64,000 nucleotides of DNA, taken from positions 33,542,001 to 33,606,000 of the forward strand of contig CM060731.1 of NCBI GenBank assembly GCA_030704615.1, given 5' to 3'. Below are positions 1-12,700 of this stretch, one piece after another (within the stretch, counting starts at the first letter, position 1; each line of letters opens with the position of its first letter). The notes under the pieces are model-generated. The model did not search any database. It was not told the DNA's origin and saw nothing but the letters and a program-made list of their open reading frames with translations. Source of the stretch: Takakia lepidozioides. Its lineage: Eukaryota > Plantae > Bryophyta. Position numbers and translations under genes: made by a program.

Positions 1-3000
1 ATACTCTTTCTTCAAGAGTGCCGCAGTGCGCTTGGCTCCGCCGTGGCCCGCAAGCAGGCTATCATGGCATTCTCTCAAGAGGCTATCTCTGATCCCTCCC
101 TTTGGCACATAGAGACGTTTTTGCCTATACCGGAGCAGTCCTTTTTGCAAGTGGAACTGCGATTTAACCCCCATTCTCAAGTCCTGCATCACGCGCTTTG
201 CCAGCTCATCCTTCCGGCAAGCCTTCCGGATCTTCCTTTGGAGCGCCGTCTCGCCCTTGTACACCAACAAGAGCTGCTGCTTTCTACTTAAAGCATCGGC
301 CACCACATTGTCCCGTCCCGGTTTGTACTGGATATCCACGTCGAACACTGCCAAAGTATCTTGCCACCTAAGTTGTTTTGGGGACAACTTGGGCTGCGTG
401 GCAAAATACTTCACCGTGACATTGTCCGTGAACACCTTCACTGGGTTGGAACCAACATAGTGGCGCCAGAGTTCAAGGCAATGCACCACCGCCTTCATCT
501 CTTTTTCGTGCGTCGGCCACCGTCGCTCCACTTCATTCAGTTTCTTACTTTCGTAAGCCACTGGACGTCCATCTTGCATAAGTACACCCCCAATCGCGAA
601 GTCCGATGCATCTGTATGAATCTCAAACGGACGATCGAACTCCGGGATTTTCAAGACTGGAGCTTCCGTCATCCGCTGCTTCAATTCAGCAAAAGCTTGG
701 CCACAAAATGTGTTCCATACCCAGACTTTGGATTTACACAGAAGGTCCGACAGCGGCCCCGCGATCTTGGCGAAATTTCTCACATACTTCCGGTAATAGG
801 AGGCGAGTCCTAGGAAGGATCGCACTCCCGGGACCGAAGTCGGAGGCTCCCAGTCCAAGATCGCCCTCACCTTTCTGTCATCCATTTTGATCCCATCCTG
901 TGTAATCACATGCCCCAGGAACTCCACTTTTGTGACCCCGAATTCGCACTTTGAAGCTTTGGCATACAGCTTCCCGTCCCGCAATTTTTGGAACACCCTT
1001 TTGAGGTGCTCCAGGTGCTCCTCCTTTGTTTTCGAGTACACCAAGATGTCGTCGATGTACACGATCACAAAGTCATCCAACCACTCCTGGAAAAGGCTGT
1101 TCATCAGCGTGCTAAATGTCGCTGGTGCATTGGTGAGCCCAAAAGGCATCACCAAGAACTCATATGAACCATACCTTGTCCTGCACGCGGTCTTCTCCTC
1201 ATCTCCTTCTGCCACCCGAATTTGGTGATAGCCGGAGCGCAAGTCGATCCGGCTGAAATACTTCGCTCCTGCCAACCGATCGAAGAGGTCGTCGATCCTT
1301 GGCAAAGGGTACCGGTTTTTGATAGTCACCTTATTCAAAGCCCTGTAATCGACACACATCCGCAGCGTCCCATCCTTCTTGTCTGCGAATAGCACCGGGG
1401 CTCCGTAAGGTGACTTACTCGGCCGGATGTACCCCTTTGACATTAGATCCTTGAGCTGAGTCTTCAGCTCGACCAACTCTCTGTGGCTCAACCGGTAGGG
1501 CGCCTTGGCAGGCGGTTCCGATCCCGGTATCACCTCAATCTTGTGGTCAACTCCTCTTCGCGGTGGCAAGCCGCTTGGTAAATCCTCCGGCATCACATCC
1601 TGGTATTTCTCCAAAATCCCTTTGATCCAATCTGGGCTCGGCTCCCCATCGCCTTCTCCTTTCACTTCTCTAATGTAAAGCAAAAACTGGGACTCGTGTG
1701 CCTCCTCCACGGCCCACTCCTTTGCTGACAGAAGGTTTATTCGCCCTCCCACGGATTTGGGCGTTTCCGACACTCGTAAAACTTCACCACCATTCCCACA
1801 TGGCAGCGTGACTACTCTCTTGCGGCCATCTATGACCGCTCCGGATTTGCTCAAAAAGGTCATCCCCAAAATGAGATCCACTCCATCGATCTCGCAGATA
1901 GTGAAGTTCTCACGTCCCTCCCAACTCCCCAGTTGAAGAGGAACATCAAACGCCAACCTTGTCGCCAACTGAGGTTCTCCTTTGGCAGAGCGCACCTCAA
2001 TAGAGGCCCCCACGTCACTTGTCGGGAGTCCCAACTTTCGCGCCGCCGCCGGCGTCATGAAGGAGTGCGACGCTCCTGTGTCCACCAACAACGACACGTT
2101 AGTTCCGGATATTATCCCATCCACGAACAATAACTGACTCCCTTTACGCAGGGCGCCAGTTTCCTGATACAACTCACAAGAATAGTTGCCTACCTTGCAA
2201 GTCCTGGCGACTACCGCTTCCACCAAACGACTGATGGTATCTTCCGACAGCTCCGTGGTCGCCCGAGTCATGTTCAATTGCCGGGGCTTCGTGCACTTCT
2301 TGGCCATGTGCCCGGGCTCCCCGCAATTGAAACACACTCCATCAAAGGTCGCCTTCTGTCCGCCATAAGCCGCTCCACCCGCTTTTCCTTTCGAAGCACC
2401 GGGTGCCGCCTTGACGTGTGAAGGCCCTCCCTTCGATTTCCACGTGCCATTTTCGCCGCGTGGCCTATCCCACTTCTTTTCCGGTCGGGAGGAGTCACCT
2501 TCCCGCCGGGTCTTCTTGTGGTTCAGCTCCGTACGGCCTTGTCTCTCACCCTTAGGGACATCCGAGAAACATTCAGCTCTCTCAATTGCCTCGTTCAAAG
2601 TCTTGGGTGGCTTCTCCTCCAACTTCCGCCTAGCCCATGGGGCCAGTCCCGCCACAAAGTTGAAGACCATTTCTGGTTCCGCCATGTCCGCGACTTCGAG
2701 CAACAGCACATTGAAAGCCTGGACATACCCCCGAATGTCATCTGTTTGCTTCAAATTCCTCATCTTGTCCCGGGCAAGCCAGGATGCGTTGAGGGGCACA
2801 AACTGTCTCTTCATCAATTCCTTGAACCCACTCCAGTTCAAGGTTTCCGGGCTTGGGCCTCGGTCGTGAAGGCGTTTCTGCCACCATTGTTGAGCATAGC
2901 CCCTCAAATAGGTGGGAGCCACTTCCACCCGATCCTCGTCACTCAACTTGGCCGCCCGGAAGTACTGCTCTAGCTCCAGGAGCCAGGTGTTGAGTGCCTT

Positions 3001-3249
3001 CCGGTTTCGAACGCCCTCAAAGGTGCCGGGTTCCTTAGGCTTCACCTTAAACTTTGCCTTAGTGGAAGTGGCATTAGCCGCCTTCAACACGTCTTTCAAC
3101 GCCCCGCCAAACTGCGCCAACAACCCTTCCCAAAAGGCTGCTGGCATGGGAGGCATCTCTTGGTTTGTCGGAGCTCTCGAGGATTCCTCGGGCTCCGACT
3201 CCTCGGATTCCTCCCGCTCTTGAGCGGCCTCGTTTTCGGAAACATTCAT
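1..3249 (-). CDS. Gag-Pol polyprotein (3' end outside window)
   Basis: ATG at 3249 (MNVSENEAA); [14 protein letters not shown] knuckle; [10 protein letters not shown] protease; YIDD RT motif in the same frame (1059); TDASDFAIG RNase H; [10 protein letters not shown] start of the integrase zinc finger near base 1. Confidence 0.9.
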   Translation of the reverse strand, partial: MNVSENEAAQEREESEESEPEESSRAPTNQEMPPMPAAFWEGLLAQFGGALKDVLKAANATSTKAKFKVKPKEPGTFEGVRNRKALNTWLLELEQYFRAAKLSDEDRVEVAPTYLRGYAQQWWQKRLHDRGPSPETLNWSGFKELMKRQFVPLNASWLARDKMRNLKQTDDIRGYVQAFNVLLLEVADMAEPEMVFNFVAGLAPWARRKLEEKPPKTLNEAIERAECFSDVPKGERQGRTELNHKKTRREGDSSRPEKKWDRPRGENGTWKSKGGPSHVKAAPGASKGKAGGAAYGGQKATFDGVCFNCGEPGHMAKKCTKPRQLNMTRATTELSEDTISRLVEAVVARTCKVGNYSCELYQETGALRKGSQLLFVDGIISGTNVSLLVDTGASHSFMTPAAARKLGLPTSDVGASIEVRSAKGEPQLATRLAFDVPLQLGSWEGRENFTICEIDGVDLILGMTFLSKSGAVIDGRKRVVTLPCGNGGEVLRVSETPKSVGGRINLLSAKEWAVEEAHESQFLLYIREVKGEGDGEPSPDWIKGILEKYQDVMPEDLPSGLPPRRGVDHKIEVIPGSEPPAKAPYRLSHRELVELKTQLKDLMSKGYIRPSKSPYGAPVLFADKKDGTLRMCVDYRALNKVTIKNRYPLPRIDDLFDRLAGAKYFSRIDLRSGYHQIRVAEGDEEKTACRTRYGSYEFLVMPFGLTNAPATFSTLMNSLFQEWLDDFVIVYIDDILVYSKTKEEHLEHLKRVFQKLRDGKLYAKASKCEFGVTKVEFLGHVITQDGIKMDDRKVRAILDWEPPTSVPGVRSFLGLASYYRKYVRNFAKIAGPLSDLLCKSKVWVWNTFCGQAFAELKQRMTEAPVLKIPEFDRPFEIHTDASDFAIGGVLMQDGRPVAYESKKLNEVERRWPTHEKEMKAVVHCLELWRHYVGSNPVKVFTDNVTVKYFATQPKLSPKQLRWQDTLAVFDVDIQYKPGRDNVVADALSRKQQLLLVYKGETALQRKIRKACRKDELAKRVMQDLRMGVKSQFHLQKGLLRYRQKRLYVPKGGIRDSLLRECHDSLLAGHGGAKRTAALLKKEY

Positions 3250-3395
3250 CGCTTCCTCAAACGGCCGCCTCGGTGACACGTCGCCCCCATCGGGCTCACC
3301 GGGATCATCATCTTTTGGGCCGTTCCGCTTTCGCTTCGGCTTGCCCGACCCCATGATGAGGCCGATCCCAAGGACGATCGCGTACTGAACTCTAA

Positions 3396-3407
3396 GCTCT
3401 GATACCA
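3396..3407 (-). promoter_or_regulatory. Primer binding site, tRNA-iMet
   Basis: Minus-strand TGGTATCAGAGC, 2 nt inside the LTR end. Confidence 0.92.
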
Positions 3408-3409
3408 AA

Positions 3410-4134
3410 TGTCGCGCACCTCACTTCGGTAAACTCCCCTTCAAGTCATAGTTAACCGCTTTGATGCGCGCGCCTGACTCCCAACCTGGCCGCCGGGCCA
3501 ACTTGGAGTTTCGGCTACTCACCGGGACATAACGGTCCCCATTCGCTTCCTCTAAAACCCTCCACCTATTTGGGACTAGGAGAATTCCCTTTGGTAGATG
3601 GCAGTCCGGAACAGCTCCCCACTCTTTGGTCGCTTTCCGGCTCGCACGATTACTCACTAGTTTTTGGTCACCAACGGGCTTGCACCGTTCTCGGGGTTAC
3701 TACTCCCTTATATATACTTCTGTAGCTGTCCGCGGGGGTTTCATAACCAGCCATGCCATTTTATGGCGAACCACCACGAAAACCCTCGACTCCCGGTGGT
3801 GAGTCGCGGTGAGTCTTGGCCCACTCACCGCGGCCCCAATGGACCATGATGAGTCCCAAGACTCCCCACGACTCCCACCTCGAGGTCTCCACCCCATGGT
3901 GAGTCCTATGCCACCCCCACTAAGTCCCACTAAGCTACCACCACCCCTTGTGGAGCCACCTCCACCGCAACCCGGTGTGCGGGGCTCCACCTAGTGAGCG
4001 CCTCCGCCTCTTTGAGTGCCTTGGGCACTCAAGGGTGCTTCAGCCCCCCATACCTATCGTCGCCGCTGCCCCCACCACAGGGGCAGCCCCTCATGTGTCC
4101 CGACCCCCTGCCCTCAAGGCAAAGGGCCGCGACA
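3410..4134 (-). repeat. 5' LTR (725 bp)
   Basis: Termini TGTCGCG...CGCGACA are inverted repeats; abuts the PBS; partner LTR is outside the window. Confidence 0.85.
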
Positions 4135-7100
4135 ACATTCTACTAGAGTGGAGCTGCAGAGAAAATTGAAACTCATGATCAAAGCACAAGCAGAAGGGAG
4201 ACGGCATACCAGCTGACCAGGGAAACCCCTTTCACAAGGTAGAGGCTGTTCACACAATTCCATGTGCGCAAAACTTCAAACCCTGAAGACTTGAGGTATG
4301 ATGCCAATGCCCGACGACTATCATTGTCACATGACTGAAAAAGCAGAAGTGTCCCTGCATCAGAGAGGAAGTTGTTGCAGAACCCGAACACCCAACTCCA
4401 GTAGTTGTCCTCGAATTTGTTCCAGCCTGGCGTCTTGCCCTTTGGAAGAACTTCTGGCACAGCCTGGCCATCCGGGATGTCGAGAATGACAATATCGGCC
4501 GCATAAGTTTTCTGCACACCGCACACAAAGGTGGGACCTGTGCTCACCTGCAACAGACATGTTTTTTATAAGAGCGATGGCAAGATTGTTTTCAAAGAAC
4601 GAGACTGAAATACTTCCAACGAAACTTTCAGAGAAAAAGGAAAGAAACTGGAATTCTCACTAGATTGAGGAATGAGATTATATTGTCCCAGGTAGGGGAT
4701 GGCACCCCAGTGTATCCTCTCATCGAAAGCCAACCCTCATTAACAATTTTCATCTCTCCTGCGGAATCAGAACGGGAAGGGTGTGGCTTGGCATCGAACA
4801 CGCACTGAAGAGTGCGGGTATATCTTCCAGCAGTAAAGTCCTGCCCACTCTCCATCTCCTTTTCATTCTCCTTCCCCTTGTCCTTTTCCTTCTCTTTGGA
4901 CTTGTCTTTGTCCTTTGGCTTTGCTGGTGAGATGGCTATGACATCAACAGCCTTGTCTTTTGGTTTGCGGCCCGCCTTCTTTCCCTTCTGCGGCGTTCCC
5001 TGAGCATCAGGCTCCTTGGCAGCCAACGTTGCTATGTTTCGTTGATACTCTTCGTCAGTCAAAGGCGCCAGCGTCTCAGCGTTATTGTTCAAGTATTTCA
5101 TATGTTGTTCTTGAAAGGTCGTGTGCTCCGGTGGGCAGTCAAGGTACCAGCCACAGTCTCTGAAGTGAGAAGGACTCCAGTCCTTCAATATCCCTGCAGT
5201 ATACATGGTTGGATCGTTTGCAGGGTCCGACCACATGTCAAGATAGTCGGAAATTCCGCTCAGGTGATTTCCTTCCATAAGCACATATTTCGTGTACCTG
5301 AAAAAATGAGATAAATCCCAACCCACAAAAGCGCTCAGTGAGTAAGATGCAAGTAGAACAGAATGAAAAAAACATAGATTGAAATGGCTCTGAGAACTGC
5401 TCCAAGGACCTTTCAGGACCACACTATTGCTCCAGATATGAATGTCGTCAACGTCATTCAGAACATTCCATTCAATGATACTGTAAATACACCCCAATCC
5501 AGGTGAATGCAAATTATCGTTTAGGAATGACACAGACATAGAAGTCAATGTCGTCAACGACATTCACTAATGAAGCCAAATTATTACTTAAATGAAGCAA
5601 AATCACAGGATGAAAAGCAAAAAATCGAGTAAGGAACCCACCAGGAAAACTCAATGCACATTCATAACGAACATATCACTGAGGACCTCACAACATCACT
5701 GTATGTGAATGGCGTCAACGCCATTCACAAAAATACCAAAAAGAAACCAATTGCTTAGCTCCCAATCCATGTAAATTCAATTTGTCGCTGTTGAATAATA
5801 CAGACACAGTAGTGAATGTCGTCAACGACATTCACTTTGGATTTCTCATAACAGAGCTTATCAAGCCTCTAGATTCCTCGCAAGAGGCAAAAACAATGCA
5901 GAACAACTGAATGTCTGCATTGACATTCAGCAAAATGAAGTGAGGAACCCTCACTGTAACCTCTATGGACATTACAAAAATTTACATAACTCTGAGGACC
6001 TCTCAACAACTCCGTAGGTGAATGCGTCAACGCCATTCAAGGACATTATCAATTCTAATCAGGGACAATATAATTGCACCCTTAGATCCTAACCAGGTGA
6101 ATTCATATACTCGCTTAAGAATGACTCAGACAAAGAAGTGAATGTCGTCAACGACATACAATCTGGATCTAAGATTGCAATCCATATGAAGCCACATTTT
6201 TCCCAAAAAAACAGTAGAGTTTCAAGTATGACATTGCACCTGTACACAACTCGCATCATGGCCCACTCTCCTCCAACCTGACTGTCAAAGTCGTTGGACC
6301 GTAAAATGTTACCATCTTTGGAGAACTCCCGGAAAAAACAGTATCTCCAAGTGAGACCTCTCCACTTTCTTATGTATGCCTCCAATGACATTTGGGGAGG
6401 GGAAACAATCGAAATGTTCAGGTCCTTCAAAGTCTGATCCAGCACAATGACGGCGCGCTTTTCGAGCTGCAAATAGTATATTTGTCAGAATTGCAAAAGA
6501 GATAGTCATCACATACTTGAAGAGAAGAAAACAGCATGTTCGAATACACACCTGACTCCAAAATGTAGCCTTGTGGAGCCAGTTATCAAACACCAAATCA
6601 CTGATTCCTTCCACCTTTGTGCCAGGCTGTATGGTGCTCTTTGGGAACTGATTCAAGTCCTTTATTGTTTGATCTGAGTTCCATATCTCCAGCCACCTTA
6701 TTTTTGTTTGTGGGTCGACCATCGATATGGCCAGCCGGTGCAATTTCTCCTGCTGCATCTCCGGATGCACATGCTTGTCATAGTGTGTTTTGATCTGCTG
6801 AAGGAACTCAGGACCAAGTCCAGGATCTACTATTCTAAGCTGCTTTCCGAAGGCTGACATCAATTTGGTTCTTCGCATTTCAAACTCCTTCTTTATTGCA
6901 GCTTCCACACCCTTTGATGTCCTTAGTTCTTCTGGTGTAGTGCGGTAATATTCGGATTTTCCCTTCTCAGCTGCCTCTGCCAGTTCTTGCTGCATTCATT
7001 CAAGTAGTGATTAGCTCCGAAGGGACTACAAACATGTATTCGAAAAGTAAACAGAGTACAGACTCGGGCTTACCGCATACATGTACTCCAGAAACGCCTC

Positions 7101-8899
7101 TCGTGTCAAAGAATACCAAGTGCCTGCAGCTCTTCCTGTTTCGCACTTCTTGATGATATTGGGTGGTAGTACTGTCCGAAAATCATCCAGCTTCATCAGA
7201 CCAATCCTCTGAATTCGGAATAGTGTGTGAACCAAGCTTGTTGTCACATGCGATTTCTCTGTCGATCTGCAAAAACATTGGAAACATTGCATTCCTTAAC
7301 ACTGTTTTTTGAGAATTAATAAGACACTACAGAGGGAATGAAATCTCCTGGATGACTTACTTGTTCACGTCGTGCATAGCTGTAAGAAGCCTAGCGATGT
7401 CGTTTCCAGGATCCAAAACCATTGCCTCCACAGCAACATGCTTGTCTTTGTCTTTCGAATGGTGTTTCTGAATGTATCCCATCCATGCCAGCAATCGGTG
7501 GTTGCCGTCCCAGACGTAGAACATGTGGTTGCAGAATTGCTGGGTGTTCTTTCCCATCATGAGGCCCAACTCGAACTCCTCATTGGCATCTTTCCAGCAC
7601 TCATCCCAGTTATCACTGATCTCTGGAGACACTAATGTGCTTTTCCCATTTATATCCGTCAGTGACACATAAAAAACTTGTGCACCAAGTCTATATCCAT
7701 GCACAAAATCACTCTCCAATTTTGTTATGTCATGGGAAAGAGGTGGACGCACAACAGGCATTGATATCATCCGGCACAGAGGTATGTCCAGACGCCCTCC
7801 AGATACGAGCATGTCCCTTATAACCTCCTGAGAGTTTACCTTCTGGAATGACATGAGTTCTTTCACCTTGTCAAGGTAGTGCACTTCGGATTCATCTGCT
7901 TCATCTGTATTCTCTGAGCTTTTTGCGGACTCGTCCCCATCTCCAGATCCTTTCCCCTCTGATCCTGTAGGCTTCGACCTCACAGTTTTCTGCACGATGC
8001 CATTCAGTTCTGACTGAGTGATTTGCAAATAGTGAATGGCGGTAACGACCATCACTCTGTCTCAAAGAAACTCACCATGAATGGTGTGACAAAATTCAGC
8101 ACAATCTACACAAGCAAAGCTGAGACTGCCGTATTCAAAACAAAAGCGAGAGCGATAGCGAACGGCGTTAACGACAATCACAACAGATAACGACCTGCCG
8201 GATCGGTGTTGTGTAATGACATACATGTGCAACTGATTGGCGGCAACGACATTCAGTGTAGTTTAGGGCGGATAGTAAGTGCCGACTCTCTCTTCAAACA
8301 CATAGGTACATAAATCTCATGAGGAGAATCGAATGGCGTTAACGACGCTCGCAATTCAGTAGTTCCTGCTAAAGAAGGGAAGAGGAAGGACTCCTTGAAA
8401 GGCAATCAGACAGACTGTATGATCTGAACACCAGTGAATGACTGTACCGATAGTCACCAACTCATTGTGCTGAAAACCCTTTGCAGAGGAGTAGAAAGCA
8501 AATCACTTTGTGATTGTCGGTAGCGACAATCCCTGTCTGGGACATTCCACTCAATCTCTACGCATATCTTCAACAATGAAATGTAAGTTAGATAAAACTT
8601 ACTGGCACCTTCTTAGGTTTTGAAATTTGATCCCCTTCTGCAGCTTTCCTCTTCCCTCTCACATCTGCTGGAATTTCTGTCTGCGCTAGGGTTTCTTGAC
8701 CTTCTCCCGGTTCGGCGTTCCGCGTGCTTCCACCTTCTTCAGTGTCCCTGCGAATCATCTCTGCCTCCACAGGCTGGCGCACTCTTATCGCCAACTGTGT
8801 CACAGCCGCTGCCTCAGTCTCCGTCTGCTCTTGTGAATCAGTCTCCGCGTTCACCTGCTGCCTTGGCCCTGTGTTCTCCAACAAACGACGCCTCGTCAT
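4135..8899 (-). CDS. Multi-exon gene: ParB/Srx-like domain + N6/N4 DNA methyltransferase-like domain, interrupted by the gypsy at 4134
   Basis: Phase-consistent GT-AG exons 8899-8603, 7989-7361, 7266-7074, 6989-6552, 6466-6240, 5297-4661, 4547-~4210, ~4153-4135; FYVWDGNHRLLAW (GxxRxxA); ADIVILDIPDG...WVFGFCNNFLSDAGTLLLF resembles beta-class MTase motifs IV-VI. Confidence 0.7.
5438..6161. repeat. Array of seven ~24-bp palindromes (GTGAATGTCGT-CA-ACGACATTCAC) in intron 5298-6239, embedded in a diverged ~300-bp triplicated unit
   Basis: Copies start at 5438, 5544, 5705, 5812, 5907, 6018, 6138. Confidence 0.9.
8032..8533. repeat. Second array of six more-diverged copies of the same 24-bp palindrome in intron 7990-8602
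   Basis: Copies start at 8032, 8158, 8233, 8329, 8434, 8510; spacers look unrelated to each other. Confidence 0.8.
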
Positions 8900-9753
8900 T
8901 TTCTCTCTTGCTCTGCGTCTCTCTCTAAGGGAAGTAAAATAAAGAGACTTTCTTCTCTTTCGTATTCTAGAAGGAACCCTCTCCAGCTTGACTACCACTC
9001 TCCCTCTAAGCGCGAAAAGTAGAAAAACGCAGTGACTCCCGATTTCTTGCGGGATTGCCTGCGTTCTTGCGTGTCTCTAGAAGCATCGGATTCCCTCCCG
9101 CGTGACCGTTACACATAGTCGTTCCCTTATTAGTGCACATGCCAGCAATTGGTGTACAGCTGTTCGTATTCAGTTATGGATGTCTGACTTGTGTCGCCCA
9201 AAAAAAACGGCGTGTTCTTTATTAGAACGGTTTCAATATTTAAAAATAACAGCGAATCCAGAAATCTTGGCGCACAGTCTTAGACAAATATATGTAAATG
9301 AACGAGAGTTTGATGACAAATTTTGGGATATTATACACGGTCATCCTTGTTAGCCAACCCCACGTTCGTTTCACATTTTGAACTTTCCAGGTGCGCATGA
9401 TCATTGGTAGTAGTATAAAGATACATTTACTTAATCTGCAATCCCATTCTCAGATCCTGTGGCATGCTTCCAGGAAGTCGGCTTTGTTGTTGGGTTTATT
9501 GATGAGGTTCTGGTTAACGGTTTTACAGCTGCCGACACTGCACCTAGGGATACTCTGACCACTGGGCCCACAAGAAAAGTAATTAAAATGGACGGCTGCA
9601 TATCTGGAAAGAATAACATAATATGCACAGTCGTTATCTGAGCTTCCTCCGCCATATTCTCTGCTCATTCTTCAACTGTGTTCTGGAGACAGCAGTAAAC
9701 CGATTTACACTAGATCTGCGATAGCAAGGTACAAACGTACGCGAGGAAGGAAG

Positions 9754-12700
9754 ATGGCTTCCTCTGAAGCGGAGTTCTTCTCTAACGACAAACCAGTGCC
9801 GTTCTCCCAGGAAGTCCTTGACAATGGATTTGCAATTGTTCTGGAACATGTCTTGGCTACCCGTTTTCAGCTGCAGAATGGCTCCATCTTTTTGGAGAAA
9901 GAGGTGTACGATCTTAAAGGGAAGTTGGTGAAATATTCTTTCCAAAACCGTGATGAGACGGCTCATATCAGCCAGTGGAGAGTGCGTCTTGGTCGATACA
10001 GAGTACTTGAAGAGCCTCGGCGAAAGTCCCTTGGATCATATGTGACGCCCGGGACTGCTGCTTCGGTCGTTGAAGACAAGAGGGAGGTGGTGGTGAAAAA
10101 AGAACAGACGTCCTCCACTCCAATCGTTGAGCTTTCGGATTCTTCCGATGATGACATAAGTGAAATTCCAAATCCAGTCCTTCCTACTGTGGTTGGAGAA
10201 GCTGATGAAGAAGAGATTTGTAGTGTCATTCCAAAATTGCGGGCGATGGGAGGAATGGCTGGATTCAAAAGTGAGTTGCGGGGAATTGATTGGGAATCTT
10301 TGAAGCAGGTGCCTGTGAAGTTCTTGCCGGAGACTTTTGATGGCGATATCCTATTCGAGCTGCCTCCTCCTCCGCGAGTTGGAGGTGTAACAATCATGAT
10401 GCATGGAATGGACAAGAAACACGACGGGCACCCGTGGTGCAGAACAAAAACATCCAATATTCAGAATGATGACAAGCTTGTTTTCAGGAGGACAGTTTGC
10501 AATGGACACCTTAGGTGTGATAATTTGAATTGCAGACACTTTCTTCAGTCTGGGGTTCATAATCAAAGCGAATGGGAGGGTCTGGCGGAAAATCCATTTC
10601 AGCCTGGGACTGCCCCTCCACCGGCAAACACTTTCGTCTGCAAATTATGCAAACTTGTGCCATCCTGTTTGGCGCTCTGCGGAGCAAGAATGTACTATGT
10701 TGTCCACCGTTTGAATACAATGACGAGAGCTTGTGTGCATTTTGGATTCCATAACCATCCTGTCTCGAAGGGGGATTACAGGGAGAGTGTTGAGACAGTA
10801 TCGAGGTTGATCAAACAGGAGTTCGGGAGAAACCCATCCGCAACAACATCTGCAATTGCTCTTGGCGCAAGCAAGTCCTTATTGGAAAGCCATATTTTGA
10901 GTGAAGGAGATTCTGTGGGGACTAAACTTGACGGTGCAGCATTGGACCTGGTCATGGATTATTTCTCCACTTTAAGTTCACCTAACATTCGGCATCAGAT
11001 CAATGCATTGAGAATGGGCTCTGGGATCAGAGGCTACATAGACAATATTTTGGAATTGAAACGAGTGAGCAAGTACGATTACATCCAGGACAATGTATTC
11101 CCAGGTCAAGGTGCCATCAAAGTTTTTCTTTTCAAAATGTCGACTGTTGGGGAGGGCATTGGGGTTAGCCTCGTGAAGCGGATGCAGAAGACTGGGGACT
11201 TGCAGAACTGTTTTCTTATGTTTGATCATGTGAAACGAGTGAAGGATTGGACGACAATGACTTGTCATGTCTACGATCCAGTGTACCAACGAGTTATGAC
11301 AATTGCAGTTTGTGGCATGCAATCCGAGGATACGGAATCCCAGAAGCTCATGTGGAATTCCCTGATACGTGTCATGGGCTGCCATGGGCTGCCATCTCCA
11401 AATTTCGCAGGTTTCATGGCGGATAGTGCTCAAGCAAATTTCAATGCTGTTCGTATTGTCTTCGGATCGGGCGACCCAAAAGTGCCTATGCCAGGAAGAG
11501 AGCGTATATGTCTATTCCATTGGACACAATCTCTAGAAAAACATACAAAGTCGGACATCAAACCAGAGATGCAGACTCAGCACCGTAAATTGTGCAAAGA
11601 GTACAAAGATGCTAGAACAATGAAGGAGGCGGACACTTTGTTCCAGACAATTCGTGCATGGTGGTTCTCTTCTGGAGCTGCATCACTTGAGAGTATGAGA
11701 GCATTGGAAGATTGGCTGGCGTTTTGGCACTTCTGGTATAGACAGTGGGGAGCAGCCATGACAATGGTACGAGGCTTTTATTTCATGCTTTATTCATACA
11801 TTTGCTTTCCATATTTTTGACTCATTGCTTTCTTTATGTTGTTTTCTGTGCACTGTTCTGAAGTGTGGTTATCCTCTTTGCAGAACATGTCCATTGAGGA
11901 AATGGCGGACATGTCATCTTGCAATTTGGCAGAAACTGTGCACAACGCATGGTTGCAGCAGTCTGGGAAACGAGGTCGGGATTTGTATGTGGCAACAACA
12001 GATGATTTGATACGTGCCTTGCAACAACAAACCCGATACCGTGATTTCTTACGAGGTGGGGTTGGTGGCAAGGGTCCGGACAAATGGGAGTTGATGTTGC
12101 GTGCTGAAAACAGATCTGGATCCAATCAAGATAGCACGGGCGGTGAGCATGTATGCCCAGGGAACGCCACTTGTTTCTAGAGTTCCACATCTTGAAGGGG
12201 AGGAGAGATTCGGCTCCTGTAAGAGGAAATTGAACACTCCACCTGGTTCGGATTCAGATTCCCACAGGGCAGACCGTGATAACTTCTCGAAGCCTCGTGT
12301 TCCCCTGCATGACAGCTCCATGTCCGGAACCTCCATTGTGGAGGAACCTCCAACACAACGGCAAGCTCCAGCATCAAACAGTGCCACTGAAATGGTGCAG
12401 GAGAGAAACAACCCCCTTGATGTGCTTGAGTCCGCATGCCCCGACCACGTTTGGCACATAGAACGCACAAGTGTAGGGTCTCGTGTGAAATGTACAGCGA
12501 TCAGGGCAACTAATTTCGAGAAGTGCACTTCATCTATATCCAGAGGTGGTGCCCGAACTCCTGCTCCGACTTTCACGGGCTTGATGCGTCCATACGGTCA
12601 ACCAGAAGCCAAGAACCACAAGTTCTGGTTCTGCGCAGATGATTGTGCCAGATGTGTGCATGGAACTGTGCATCCTTCCGTAGTGATGAAGCCAACTCCT

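Larger units (their letters stand above)
1..4134 (-). mobile_element. Ty3/gypsy LTR retrotransposon (chromovirus, Galadriel-like), 5' part; runs off window start
   Basis: 5' LTR, tRNA-Met PBS and an in-frame gag-PR-RT-RNH-INT start on the minus strand. Confidence 0.95.

Noticed and set aside
43-3356. Many plus-strand ORFs
   Set aside because: Antisense shadows of the minus-strand gag-pol
5438-8533. CRISPR array interpretation of the spaced palindromes
   Set aside because: Spacing irregular (75-160 bp), repeats degenerate, some spacers homologous to each other, intronic eukaryotic context, no cas genes
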